This document shows, piece after piece, positions 32,367-41,994 of a stretch of 64,000 nt of DNA. Location of the stretch: positions 448,001 through 512,000 of the forward strand of contig CAVOXA010000001.1 in assembly GCA_963700285.1 (NCBI GenBank), in the 5' to 3' direction. Position 1 is the first letter of the stretch. Each line of letters begins with the position of its first letter. A program made the translations under genes and the position numbers. Under the pieces are notes generated by a model. That model was not told the DNA's origin and ran no database searches. It was given only the letters and a program-made list of their open reading frames with translations. The stretch is from an uncultured Chloroflexia bacterium (GTDB taxonomy: Bacteria > Chloroflexota > Anaerolineae > JAAYZQ01).

Positions 32367-33302
32367 GTGAAACCTGTAGATATCGTCGCATCTCCAACAA
32401 GCAAAGAATTCAAGTCTCCGGCAGCCTCCCGGTCCCGGGCGGTCGCTGTGGAGATCGCTCATGGTCCTGTTCAAGGTCCGGGTGGTCATGCTGCTGCTGT
32501 TCGCTGCAATGGGCGGCGCCTTCCTTGCGGCGGGCGGCTGGCCTGGCCTGGACAGCATTGCTCCTGCTCCTGGTCACCGGCGGACTGGCTGCGGCTGGTG
32601 CTTCGGCCATCAACCAGTACCTGGAGAGGGATCTGGATGCGCGGATGGAGCGCACCCGCGGCCGTCCGCTGGCCGGTGAGCCGGTGATCCGATCGAAGTG
32701 GGTGCCCTATGCTGGCGCACTGATGATCCTGCTGCCTGCGCTCGCTGTGCTGACCTTGAATCCAGCGCTGTCGATCTTCGTCCTGTTGGGCGCCGTCATC
32801 TATGTCTTTGTCTACACGATCTGGCTCAAGCCACGGACGCCACTCAATATCGTCATCGGCGGTGCGGCGGGCAGCGCGGCGGTGCTCAGTGGCAGCGCGG
32901 CAGCCGGGTATTGGAACGAGCCAGGCGCTCTGGCTCCTGGCGCTGCTGGTCTTTCTGTGGACCCCAACCCACTTTTGGAGCCTGGCCATCGCCTATCGCG
33001 ACGACTATGCCCGCGGTGGGTTTCCCATGCTCCCGGTGCAGACCTCGCCCCGGGCCGCGGCCTGGTGGGTGCTGCTGCACACAGTTGGCTCCGCTCTGGT
33101 GGCGCTGCTCCTGGTTGCTCACCCCACCCTCGGCTGGCTGTACCTGATTCCTGTCGCATCGTCGCTTGTGGTCCTGATAGTACTGAACATCCGGCTGATC
33201 CTCGTGCCATGCCGGAAGCGGGCGCTGGCCCTGTTTCATGCATCGAACCTGTTTTTGGCAGTTCTATTGCTGGCCATCTGCGTGAGTACGCTGCTGTCCT
33301 AG
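32367..33302 (+). CDS. ctaB: Protoheme IX farnesyltransferase (heme o synthase), frameshifted
   Basis: [62 protein letters not shown]. Confidence 0.92.
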
Positions 33303-33378
33303 AATCCGAAGCCTTGGCATATGTGCCTGGATCAGGCGCCTGGCTGCTGGTGCTTTTCCCTGGGTAGGAGGATGCCCG

Positions 33379-33960
33379 ATGAAGAGGATCCTGAATCTTG
33401 GCTTGTTTGTGGTGATTGCGCTTGCGGCCTGCAGGCCGTCCGCCCCTGCTTTTCGCGGCTCGGCGCTGAAAGAGCCGGTTCCCGTTCCAGATTTTGCCCT
33501 TACCGACCAGAACGGGCAGACTTTTCGCCTGAGCGACCAACTCGGCAGCGCGGTGCTGCTCTTTTTCGGCTATACTCAATGCCCCGACGTCTGCCCCACC
33601 ACACTGGCCACCTGGCGCCAAGTCCAGGAGGCTCTGGGAGACGACGCAGCTCGAGTGCGTTTTGTTTTTGTTACGGTCGACCCCGAGCGGGACACGCCGG
33701 AGCGATTGGGCCTGCATGTCAATGCCTTCAATCCCGATTTCATCGGCCTGACAGGAACACAGGAGGATTTGGAATCGGTCTACGAGGTCTTTGATATTAT
33801 CTATGAGAAGGATACCTCGTCAGGCAGCGCGGCCGGCTACCTGGTGAACCACACAGCTACGACCTTTCTGCTCGACCCAGAGGGCCAGTGGCGGTTGCGC
33901 GAAAAATATGGCACGCCTGCCGAGGATATAGCGTACGACATCCAACAACTGTTGGAATAG
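33379..33960 (+). CDS. SCO1/SenC family copper chaperone lipoprotein
   Basis: FFGYTQCPDVCP, VDPERD, YLVNH; lipobox LAAC. Confidence 0.93.
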   Translation: MKRILNLGLFVVIALAACRPSAPAFRGSALKEPVPVPDFALTDQNGQTFRLSDQLGSAVLLFFGYTQCPDVCPTTLATWRQVQEALGDDAARVRFVFVTVDPERDTPERLGLHVNAFNPDFIGLTGTQEDLESVYEVFDIIYEKDTSSGSAAGYLVNHTATTFLLDPEGQWRLREKYGTPAEDIAYDIQQLLE

Positions 33961-33993
33961 TACTGGAAACATAAAAACAGGAGGAGAAAGAAG

Positions 33994-34494
33994 ATGTGGA
34001 GCAGAAGGGCCTTTGGCTTGGGAGTGGTCGTACTGCTATTGGCAATTGTGCTGGCTGCCTGTAATAGCCCCTCGGGTCCCCAGATCAAGACCGAGGAGGT
34101 CTGGTCGCGCCCAGCCATGGCCATGAAAATGAGTGAATCTGATTCGGGCCAATCGAGTGAGGGCGGCATGGGGATGGCCGGCACTGGCGCGGTCTTTATG
34201 CTATTGGTGAATGATGGTGGAGAGGCGGACCGCCTGATCGGAGGCAAGACGGATGTCGCCAAGGTGGTCGAGATCCACGAGACTGTGATGGAAGGCGAAG
34301 TAATGAAGATGAAGATGTTGCCCGATGGCCTGGAGGTACCGGCCCGGGGTGAGGTGTTGCTCAAGCCCGGTAGCTACCACGTCATGCTCATCGGCATGCA
34401 GCAGGATCTGAAACCCGGCGACACCTTTAGCCTTGAGCTAGAGTTCGAGAAAAGTGGAAGCATTCAGGTAAAGCCGGAGGTTCGCGAGCCTTAG
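33994..34494 (+). CDS. Copper chaperone PCu(A)C lipoprotein
   Basis: EIHET...MKM...LKPGSYHVMLIG motif; lipobox LAAC. Confidence 0.92.
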   Translation: MWSRRAFGLGVVVLLLAIVLAACNSPSGPQIKTEEVWSRPAMAMKMSESDSGQSSEGGMGMAGTGAVFMLLVNDGGEADRLIGGKTDVAKVVEIHETVMEGEVMKMKMLPDGLEVPARGEVLLKPGSYHVMLIGMQQDLKPGDTFSLELEFEKSGSIQVKPEVREP

Positions 34495-34640
34495 GGAACA
34501 GCGGACGAAGATGGTTCTCATGCTGGAGACCACTTGGTCACCCTGGCCTCGGCGACGGATGACTTGAACCTGGTTGCGATAGCGCGGGTTTGTTGCTAGA
34601 TAGCTTGTAGGTAGTGGTAGAGATGCTTGAGACAGATAGA

Positions 34641-35039
34641 ATGAAGTGGTTGCTGGCGGCCATGGTGTTGCTGACTCTGGTGAGTTGCGGCCGGGGCGGT
34701 GAGGACCTGTCTGACGTCGGGGTGGTGCTGGCAATCGAGCCTGAGCCAGCCCGCATTGGTCTGGCAACGATCACGGTCTCACTGTCCGACGCTGGGGGCC
34801 AGCCCATATCCGGCGCCATGGTGGGGCTGGAGGGAAACATGAACCACGCTGGGATGGTTCCGGTTTCTGCCTGGGCGCAGGAGGTGGCTGGCGGCAAATA
34901 CCAGGCGGACCTCGAGTTCACCATGGGCGGCGACTGGTTCATTCTGGTGCGTGCCGATCTGCCAGACGGACGCTCGCTAGAGCGCAAAGTTGATGTACCA
35001 GGCGTGGACGCGGTCTGTGGCGACACGCCGGCCCCATGA
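34641..35039 (+). CDS. YtkA/FixH-like lipoprotein
   Basis: Lipobox LVSC, MNHAGM, GKY, FTMGGDW. Confidence 0.75.
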   Translation: MKWLLAAMVLLTLVSCGRGGEDLSDVGVVLAIEPEPARIGLATITVSLSDAGGQPISGAMVGLEGNMNHAGMVPVSAWAQEVAGGKYQADLEFTMGGDWFILVRADLPDGRSLERKVDVPGVDAVCGDTPAP

Positions 35040-35128
35040 TGTGGGATGAGGATGAATACGGATAGAAGCCGCTCCGTCAGAAGCAATCCGCCTCTATTCC
35101 TGTTCATTGTCCAAGGCACAGGTGGCAA

Positions 35129-36595
35129 GTGACGGGCCAGATCGATGCATCGCCGCGTGCGCTGGACTTGATGGATCTGCCGGGGGTGGGACGGTTCCTG
35201 CGCTGGCGACACGCTCGTTCCGCCCTCCAGGTGCCGCTGCTGTTGCTGGCTGCCCTGATGGTATTGGACGGCCTTGCGGGTCCCCAACTGGCGCCCAAGA
35301 ACCTGGCCACCGTCTTCACTTGGGTCCACTATCGGGGGTTGGTCATCCTGGCTCTGTTGGTGGCCGGCAATCTGTTCTGCATGGCATGTCCTTTCATGCT
35401 GGTCCGCAACATCGTCCGGCGTTGGATCCAGCCTACGCGGATGTGGCCCCAGCGCCTGCGAAAAAAGTGGCTGGCCGCGGGTCTCTTTGTGCTACTCCTC
35501 TTCCTCTACGAGTTCTTGGATCTGTGGGCATCACCCCTGTTGACGGCGTGGCTCATCCTGGCCTATTTCGCTGGCGCCCTGATGGTAGACAGCCTTTTCC
35601 GAGGAGCTGCGTTCTGCAAATACCTCTGCCCCTTGGGCCAGTTTAACTTTGTCGCTTCTCTTGTCTCTCCTCTTGAGGTCAAGGTACGCATCCCGCTAGT
35701 TTGTACTGACTGCCACACCAAGGACTGCATCAAGGGGCAACGGGGATCCGACGTCGAAAAACAGAGATCGAAAATGGGTGGCTGCGAGCTGTGGCTCTTT
35801 CAGCAGTCCAAGGTTGGCAACATGGACTGTACCTTCTGCCTGGACTGTGCCCACGCCTGCCCATACGACAACGTCGGAATCTCGCCCAGGCTGCCTGCCA
35901 GCGAGCTTTGGGTCGACTCCCGGCGTTCCGGGATCGGGCGCTTCTCGCGGCGGGCGGACCTGGCGTTACTGGTCGTGCTCTTTGTCTTTGGCGCTCTACT
36001 CAATGCCTTCGCGATGGTCACACCGGTCTATACGCTGGAGAATTGGCTGGCCGATCTGTTGGGTACCCAGTCCGAAGCCCTGGTGCTGGCCGTGCTCTTT
36101 GCAGTGGGGTTGGTTGCGGTGCCCGTGTTGTTGCTAACACTGAGCGGCTGGTTGTCGCGGTGGTGGGCAGGGTCAGAAGAGCGGCCATCACTGTTGGTGT
36201 GGGTGACCCGCTACGCCTTTGCACTGCTGCCCATTGGCTTTGGCGTTTGGCTGGCCCACTATAGTTTTCACTTTCTGACTGGCTTCTGGACCTTTGTCCC
36301 CGTGATACAGAGTTTTGTTGCCGACGTTTCGGGCTCGCCGTTGCTGGGCATGCCCCGGTGGGAACTGGGGCCGCTGCTGCCGAGGGGATGGCTCTACCCG
36401 CTGGAGCTGGGTTTTCTGGGTCTGGGTTGGTTTGGTTCGCTGCTGGTAACCTATCGTCTGGCGGCGGTCGATGCCCCCCGTCGCCCTTGGGGAGCTTTCT
36501 TGCCATGGACCGTTCTCGTAACGCTCCTGTTCCTGGCGGCAGTCTGGCTGATGGCCCAACCCATGGAGATGCGGGGCACCTTTTTGGTGGGGTGA
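35129..36595 (+). CDS. Membrane-bound 4Fe-4S polyferredoxin (NapH/MauN/CcoG-like)
   Basis: GNLFCMACP, FCKYLCPLG, CTDCHTKDC, CTFCLDCAHACP; many TM helices. Confidence 0.8.
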   Translation: MTGQIDASPRALDLMDLPGVGRFLRWRHARSALQVPLLLLAALMVLDGLAGPQLAPKNLATVFTWVHYRGLVILALLVAGNLFCMACPFMLVRNIVRRWIQPTRMWPQRLRKKWLAAGLFVLLLFLYEFLDLWASPLLTAWLILAYFAGALMVDSLFRGAAFCKYLCPLGQFNFVASLVSPLEVKVRIPLVCTDCHTKDCIKGQRGSDVEKQRSKMGGCELWLFQQSKVGNMDCTFCLDCAHACPYDNVGISPRLPASELWVDSRRSGIGRFSRRADLALLVVLFVFGALLNAFAMVTPVYTLENWLADLLGTQSEALVLAVLFAVGLVAVPVLLLTLSGWLSRWWAGSEERPSLLVWVTRYAFALLPIGFGVWLAHYSFHFLTGFWTFVPVIQSFVADVSGSPLLGMPRWELGPLLPRGWLYPLELGFLGLGWFGSLLVTYRLAAVDAPRRPWGAFLPWTVLVTLLFLAAVWLMAQPMEMRGTFLVG

Positions 36596-36611
36596 ATGCA
36601 TGGTAGGAGGT

Positions 36612-37139
36612 ATGAGGCCAAACCTCTCTTGGCGGTGGGTGCTGATTGGTGGCCTGCTGCTGGTGTGGCTGGCCAGGCCGCCGCTGGTTTTTGCCCATGT
36701 GGGCGCGCCCTATCCAGTCCTGCTGGAGGAAGCGGTCGGCCCCTACGTGGCCTCAGCCCTGGCCGATCCAGATGTAGGCAAAGGAACCTTCTACATCCTG
36801 GTCACCCTACCTGAGGGCCAGCCTGCAACATCCGATATCGATGTGACGGTCTGGATTGCGCCTGAGGATGGCCACATGGCTGAAGCCGGCTACGCGGCCA
36901 AGCGCGAAGAGACGCGGTATGGAGAGCGGTTCGTTGCTGAGGTTCCATTTGATGCCGAAGGTCCCTGGCAAATACGGTTGGCCATTGACGGCCAGGCAGG
37001 CTCCGGGGATGTCTCCTTCCCTGTGCGGGTGACGCCCTCAGGCATGGGTTGGCTGGCTACACTGGCTTGCCTTGTGCCTTTTGGGCTATTGGGCTTGTTG
37101 TGGCTGAGAGGCACCATGCGACAGCGAGCGAGCCAATAG
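36612..37139 (+). CDS. Membrane-anchored secreted protein, mature N-terminal His (possible metal binding)
   Basis: AGGAGG RBS; signal peptide ending VFA-HVG; C-terminal TM helix. Confidence 0.7.
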   Translation: MRPNLSWRWVLIGGLLLVWLARPPLVFAHVGAPYPVLLEEAVGPYVASALADPDVGKGTFYILVTLPEGQPATSDIDVTVWIAPEDGHMAEAGYAAKREETRYGERFVAEVPFDAEGPWQIRLAIDGQAGSGDVSFPVRVTPSGMGWLATLACLVPFGLLGLLWLRGTMRQRASQ

Positions 37140-37393
37140 CCGATTCTCCGTACTTGAGTTTCCCCAGCCTTAGGGTTCGTATTGCTCTACCCCCTGTCTT
37201 CAGACAATCAAGTGCCAGAACCGCTGCCCGGCTTGCTTGCCTTGCCCTGGCTTTTGGAGTACAATACGGCCGTCAGGATATAAGGAGTTGCTGCCTTGTT
37301 CTCAATGCCGTTTGGGGCGGTACGTGACGCGCCAACAGGATTCACTTGGGAGACTGTCCCCGCCCATGCCCTCCAGGGCCAGGTTGCTCTGCG

Positions 37394-39841
37394 ATGACGG
37401 TTCCCCGCTTTCGTACCTGGAGGGCCGAATGGGTCGTCTGGGCCATGATCCTGGCCTACATCGTCTTTTTTGCCCTCCTCACGTTTCAAAAGCACAATGC
37501 CTTTCAGACCACGGCCTTTGACCTGGGAAACGTGGACCAGGCGGTCTGGAATACGCGCCACGGCCGATTGCTGGCCATGACCAACATCGAGGGGCTTACC
37601 AACCGCCTGGGGACCCACGTCGAACCGATCCTCTTGCCCATTTCCCTCCTCTATCTCCTCTGGAGCGATCCCCGGACGCTGCTGTTCCTACAGACAACGG
37701 TCATCGCCCTCGGCGCCTGGCCCGTGTACCTCATCACGAAACATGCAACACGCAATACGACACGTCCCACGCAGAATGTTCTTCCGATCCTTTTTGCTTT
37801 GGTCTATCTCCTGTTCCCTGCCCTTCAGTCAGCCAATGTGTTCGACTTTCACGCGGTGTCGCTGGCGCCTACTTTTTTTCTCTTTGCCTTCTACTATCTG
37901 CAGGTAGAGCGGTGGGGGCCTTATGCCCTTTTCTGCGTGTTGACCATGAGTTGCAAGGAGGATATGCCTCTCCTGGTTGTGATGCTTGGTCTTTATGCCT
38001 TGGTCGTGCGCCGCAAGTGGCTGGCGGGCTCGGTTACCATCGCGGCCGCTGTGCTGTGGTTCGTTCTGGCTGTGGGGGCGGTTATGCCCTATTTCGACCC
38101 TGAGGGGGTCGCCCCCCTGGCTAACCGCTACGCTTACCTGGGCGACAGCCCGCTGGAGATTGTCCGGACCCTGTTCACGCGGCCGGGTCTTGTACTGGGG
38201 CGACTCTTTACCGCCGAGAACTGGGCCTACGTCCGCGATCTGTTGATGCCGGTGGCCTTTCTGTCACTGCTGGCCCCTCAGGTTTTGATGATAGCCCTGC
38301 CGACGTTGCTCATCAACCTCCTGAGTACCGATGGTTTCATGCACCAACTTGAGGGCTTTCACTATGGGGCGCCGCTGGTGCCCATCGTCGTTGTCTCGGC
38401 GGCGTACGCTGTGGCCTGGCTGGTCCGCCGTCTCCCGCGCTTCCAGTACTTGCCCTTTGTCGTGGCTGCTCTTGTCCTGGCTGCCACGTTGTTCTATCAT
38501 TATGGCCATGGCTACACACCCCTGGCTGTTGGTTTTGATGGGATCTGGCCCATCGCTACCGAGCACCATCAGTCGGGTGAGGAGATCGCCGCCAGCATCC
38601 CGACAGGGGCTTCGCTGGCTGCTTTGCCCCATCCCAATCCCCACGCCAGCCAGCGCCAGCAGCTTTCGATGATCGACCGGGTGGAGAACGGCCTGCCCGC
38701 TCCCCTCAACGATGCCGAGTATGTGTGGTTGGACGTGACTAATGGCTGGCCGCTCCATCCCAACGACCTGAAACTGGCAGTCGAGAACCTGCTGACTGGA
38801 GGCTATGGCGTAGACCAGGCAAGCGACGGCTGGCTTTTGGTGCGCCGGGGCGCTGCTGAGAAGGCTCTGCCCGGCTCCTTCTATGATTTCGCCCGCGCCC
38901 CCGATCCACAGCCGCAGTACCCGATGCGCCTCCAGTTCCTGCTGGATGGCGAGCCCGTTCTCGAATCACTGGGCTTTGACCTCATCCTACGAAACCAACG
39001 CGCCGATGATTCGACTGGGCGCTCGCGCCAGGGAGACCTGGGACCGGTCTCCAGTCTCCGCGTCTATTGGCGGGCGCTGCGGCCCCTACCGCCTGGCCTC
39101 CGCCTTTACCCATTTTTCTTCGACGATACTACGGGCCAGATCCTTGAAGACACCTCCCAGCGGCCCATGATCGCCTCTGTATGGTACCCGCCCGAGGACT
39201 GGCAGCCAGGGGAGATTGTGATGACCAGCACCCTGCCCTGGGATGTCGGCCCGGACTATGGCATTGGCCTCGGCGTCATGCGCGGCGACGAGTGGGCGGC
39301 TTTGGAGCAGCGCTTGTCCATCCGCGTGGAATCGTCTGAACTGGTGACCCAGCGCTTTGACGGCGATACCTGGGCGCGCCTCATTGGGGTGGTCGATGGA
39401 GAACCGGTTGAGGAATACCGCGTCTTCTCTGCACCTTCACCCCAGCACCCACTCGATGTCGATTTTAGTGGCGAGATCCGCCTCCTTGGCTACGATCTGG
39501 ACTGCAGCAAACCATCCGCTACTTGTAGGGCGCAATTCTATTGGCAAGCTCAAACCGCCCTCGATACGAGCTACACTACCTTTGTCCAGATGCTAGGCCG
39601 CGAGGGAGGGGTTCACGCCCAAGTGGACGCTGTGCCGCGCGACGGCGGATATCCGACTACCTGGTGGCTTCCGGGCGAAGTGGTTGCAGATACCCACGTC
39701 TTGGCACTGCCAGGTGACGCACCTTCTGAGGCTTACCGGCTCATCGCTGGCTGGTATGACCCGGAGACAGGTGCCCGCCTGCTTGTTTCGGGCCAGGGGA
39801 TGGATTTTGTCGAACTGGGCACGGTCGAATTCGGGGAATAG
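37394..39841 (+). CDS. DUF2079-like GT-C fold membrane glycosyltransferase with C-terminal Ig-like domains
   Basis: AFDLGNVDQAVWN, HVEPIL, FDFHA, KED; two WxPGE[IV]V tail domains. Start uncertain. Confidence 0.8.
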   Translation: MTVPRFRTWRAEWVVWAMILAYIVFFALLTFQKHNAFQTTAFDLGNVDQAVWNTRHGRLLAMTNIEGLTNRLGTHVEPILLPISLLYLLWSDPRTLLFLQTTVIALGAWPVYLITKHATRNTTRPTQNVLPILFALVYLLFPALQSANVFDFHAVSLAPTFFLFAFYYLQVERWGPYALFCVLTMSCKEDMPLLVVMLGLYALVVRRKWLAGSVTIAAAVLWFVLAVGAVMPYFDPEGVAPLANRYAYLGDSPLEIVRTLFTRPGLVLGRLFTAENWAYVRDLLMPVAFLSLLAPQVLMIALPTLLINLLSTDGFMHQLEGFHYGAPLVPIVVVSAAYAVAWLVRRLPRFQYLPFVVAALVLAATLFYHYGHGYTPLAVGFDGIWPIATEHHQSGEEIAASIPTGASLAALPHPNPHASQRQQLSMIDRVENGLPAPLNDAEYVWLDVTNGWPLHPNDLKLAVENLLTGGYGVDQASDGWLLVRRGAAEKALPGSFYDFARAPDPQPQYPMRLQFLLDGEPVLESLGFDLILRNQRADDSTGRSRQGDLGPVSSLRVYWRALRPLPPGLRLYPFFFDDTTGQILEDTSQRPMIASVWYPPEDWQPGEIVMTSTLPWDVGPDYGIGLGVMRGDEWAALEQRLSIRVESSELVTQRFDGDTWARLIGVVDGEPVEEYRVFSAPSPQHPLDVDFSGEIRLLGYDLDCSKPSATCRAQFYWQAQTALDTSYTTFVQMLGREGGVHAQVDAVPRDGGYPTTWWLPGEVVADTHVLALPGDAPSEAYRLIAGWYDPETGARLLVSGQGMDFVELGTVEFGE

Positions 39842-39881
39842 TCGTGTCTTTGCCGATCAGATAGGGGTAGAGCGTACGAAC

Positions 39882-40634
39882 ATGTCAGACGATCCCTACG
39901 AGGGTCTAGCAGAGCGCTACGACCGGTTCTACGGTGCGTTTGGAGAGCACGATCCAGATACCGCTGACTTTTTCCGCAGGCTGTTTCAGAAGAGATGTGT
40001 TCATCGTGTGTTGGATTGTGCCTGCGGTACGGGCAATGACCTCCATTTGTTTCACTCTCTTGGCTGCGTCGTGATCGGTTCCGATATCTCTGCCTCAATG
40101 CTGGCCCAAGCCGAGGCCAACCTGGCACAGGCTGGTCTTACGGTGCCCCTGCACTGTGTGGACTATCGCGAGCTGCCCCAACAGATTGAGGGGAAATTTG
40201 ATGCTGTTGTGTGCCTGTCGAGTTCGATCTTGCACATGCCCGATGACACTGAGGTCCTGCGCGCCTTTCGCAGCATGCGGGGTGTATTGCGCGAGGGCGG
40301 CATCCTTGTCCTGACTCAGGGTACCACGGACAAGCAGTGGAAGGAGCAGCCCCGGTTCATCCTGGCCATTGACTTGCAGGACTTTACTCGGCTTTTCGTC
40401 ATTGATTACCTCGGCCAGGGAGCCCGGTACAATGTAGTGGACATCGAGCGCTCTGAGCTAGAACATGGCCTGAAGGTCTGGAATGTAGAATACCCCCGGA
40501 TTCTGCTCAAGGATGATCTGGAGAGGCTGCTTCAGGACTCGGGATTTGGCTCGATGGTTTTCTATGGTTCTTTTCTCCTGGACCCCTATGACAAAAAGAC
40601 CAGCGATAGACTGATCGTTGTTGCTGAGTATTGA
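39882..40634 (+). CDS. Class I SAM-dependent methyltransferase
   Basis: VLDCACGTG, GSDISASML, FDAVVC, LREGGILV. Confidence 0.9.
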   Translation: MSDDPYEGLAERYDRFYGAFGEHDPDTADFFRRLFQKRCVHRVLDCACGTGNDLHLFHSLGCVVIGSDISASMLAQAEANLAQAGLTVPLHCVDYRELPQQIEGKFDAVVCLSSSILHMPDDTEVLRAFRSMRGVLREGGILVLTQGTTDKQWKEQPRFILAIDLQDFTRLFVIDYLGQGARYNVVDIERSELEHGLKVWNVEYPRILLKDDLERLLQDSGFGSMVFYGSFLLDPYDKKTSDRLIVVAEY

Positions 40635-40686
40635 GTCCATCCCTACCGAGGAGCAGATTCTTTGCTATGAAAGCTGCAATGCCCAG

Positions 40687-40791
40687 TTGATTCCTTCGAC
40701 CGAGATCGTCGTCATTGGCGCTGGCCCCATTGGACTGGAGTTGGCTGCAAGCCTCAAGCGGGCGGGCGTGGATTATGACTTTCCAATCTAG
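40687..40791 (+). pseudogene. Remnant of an FAD/NAD(P)-dependent oxidoreductase N-terminus
   Basis: Manual translation LIPSTEIVVIGAGPIGLELAASLKRAGVDYDFPI* contains a Rossmann GxGxxG motif and then stops. Confidence 0.6.
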
Positions 40792-40816
40792 ACTTGCCAA
40801 AAGGAGACAACGTCTG

Positions 40817-41828
40817 ATGAAAAAGATGACCAAATGGGAGAGGGTTGAAGCGGCATTGCATGGAGCAGAAGTAGACCGGGTCCCGATCAGCCTGTGGAAA
40901 CACTATCATTTGCAGGACAGGAGCCCCAAGCAGTTGGCCGAGGTCACCCTGGCCCTGTATCACCAGTTCGACATCGACCTGATCAAGCTGACGCCCAGCG
41001 GGCTCTACCCGATCCAGGACTGGGGAGCGACGATCCAGTTTGGCAGGGACGACGACTTTTTGCCCTTGGCGGTGCAACCTGTCATAACTTCGGCTGACGA
41101 CTGGGAAGCGCTGCCTGGTCTGGACGTGAGCAAGGGTGCGTCTGCGGCGCGAACTGGACATGATCCGCTACGTGGCCGATGGGCTCCAGGGGAGTGCGCC
41201 CTTTATGATGACCATCTTTAGCCCCCTGAACGTCGCCTTCAAACTGTGCGGCGACAAGGTCTCCGGCGAGTTGCTCCTCGATTATATGCGCCAGTCGCCG
41301 CGACAACTGCATGCCGGACTGGCCGTGATCACAGAGGTCGTGCGGGAGTATGCTGCCGCATGCCTGGAGGCAGGGGTTTCAGGTTTCTTTTTCGCCACGC
41401 AGATGGCCAGCCACGACCTGATGACGCCTGAGGAATTCAAAGAGTTCGGTGTGCCCTACGATCTCCAGGTACTGGAGTCGCTGGCTGGCAAGTCACGGGT
41501 CACCATGCTCCACGTCTGCAAGCAGAATCTGATGTTCGAGCTGATGGCCGACTATCCTGTGGATGTCATCAACTGGGCTGCACTTACCAGCGGTACCAGC
41601 CTCCGTGACGCGCGCCAGATCACAGATAGACCACTCGCAGGGGGCCTGGCCCTGGACACCCTACTCTATGGCAGCGAGGAGGATGTTCTGGCCGAGGCCC
41701 GGAAGGCCATTGCCCAGGCTGGCCGGAGGGGTTTTATTTTGGCGCCGGACTGTGTGATCCGCGGGCCATCCCCTGATGCCAACCTGGTGGCTGCCCGCCA
41801 GGCCGTTGAGGAGACAACCCGTTCATAG
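40817..41828 (+). CDS. Uroporphyrinogen decarboxylase / MtaA-CmuA superfamily protein (frameshift near 41140)
   Basis: ERVEAALHGAEVDRVP, TIFSP, MLHVC, FILAPDCVI; AAGGAG RBS. Confidence 0.85.
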
Positions 41829-41994
41829 CCGCTGCGTGCCGGCGTGCGACCCATACGGCCAAGCCACATGCCATGTTGAAGCACAGGGTTGTGGCCGGAT
41901 CGCTGGTTCTGGTGTATAATGGCGGTCAACTGCCTGCATGGATGCCAGGCTGGGAGTTTACTATGCGTACCGGTTTGGAGGTGCGAGCTAGGAA

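Noticed and set aside
27376-33302. cox cluster as pseudogenes or programmed frameshifting
   Set aside because: All catalytic motifs are intact across frames and the indels are scattered without consistent slippery sites. Sequencing error is more parsimonious, though unproven.
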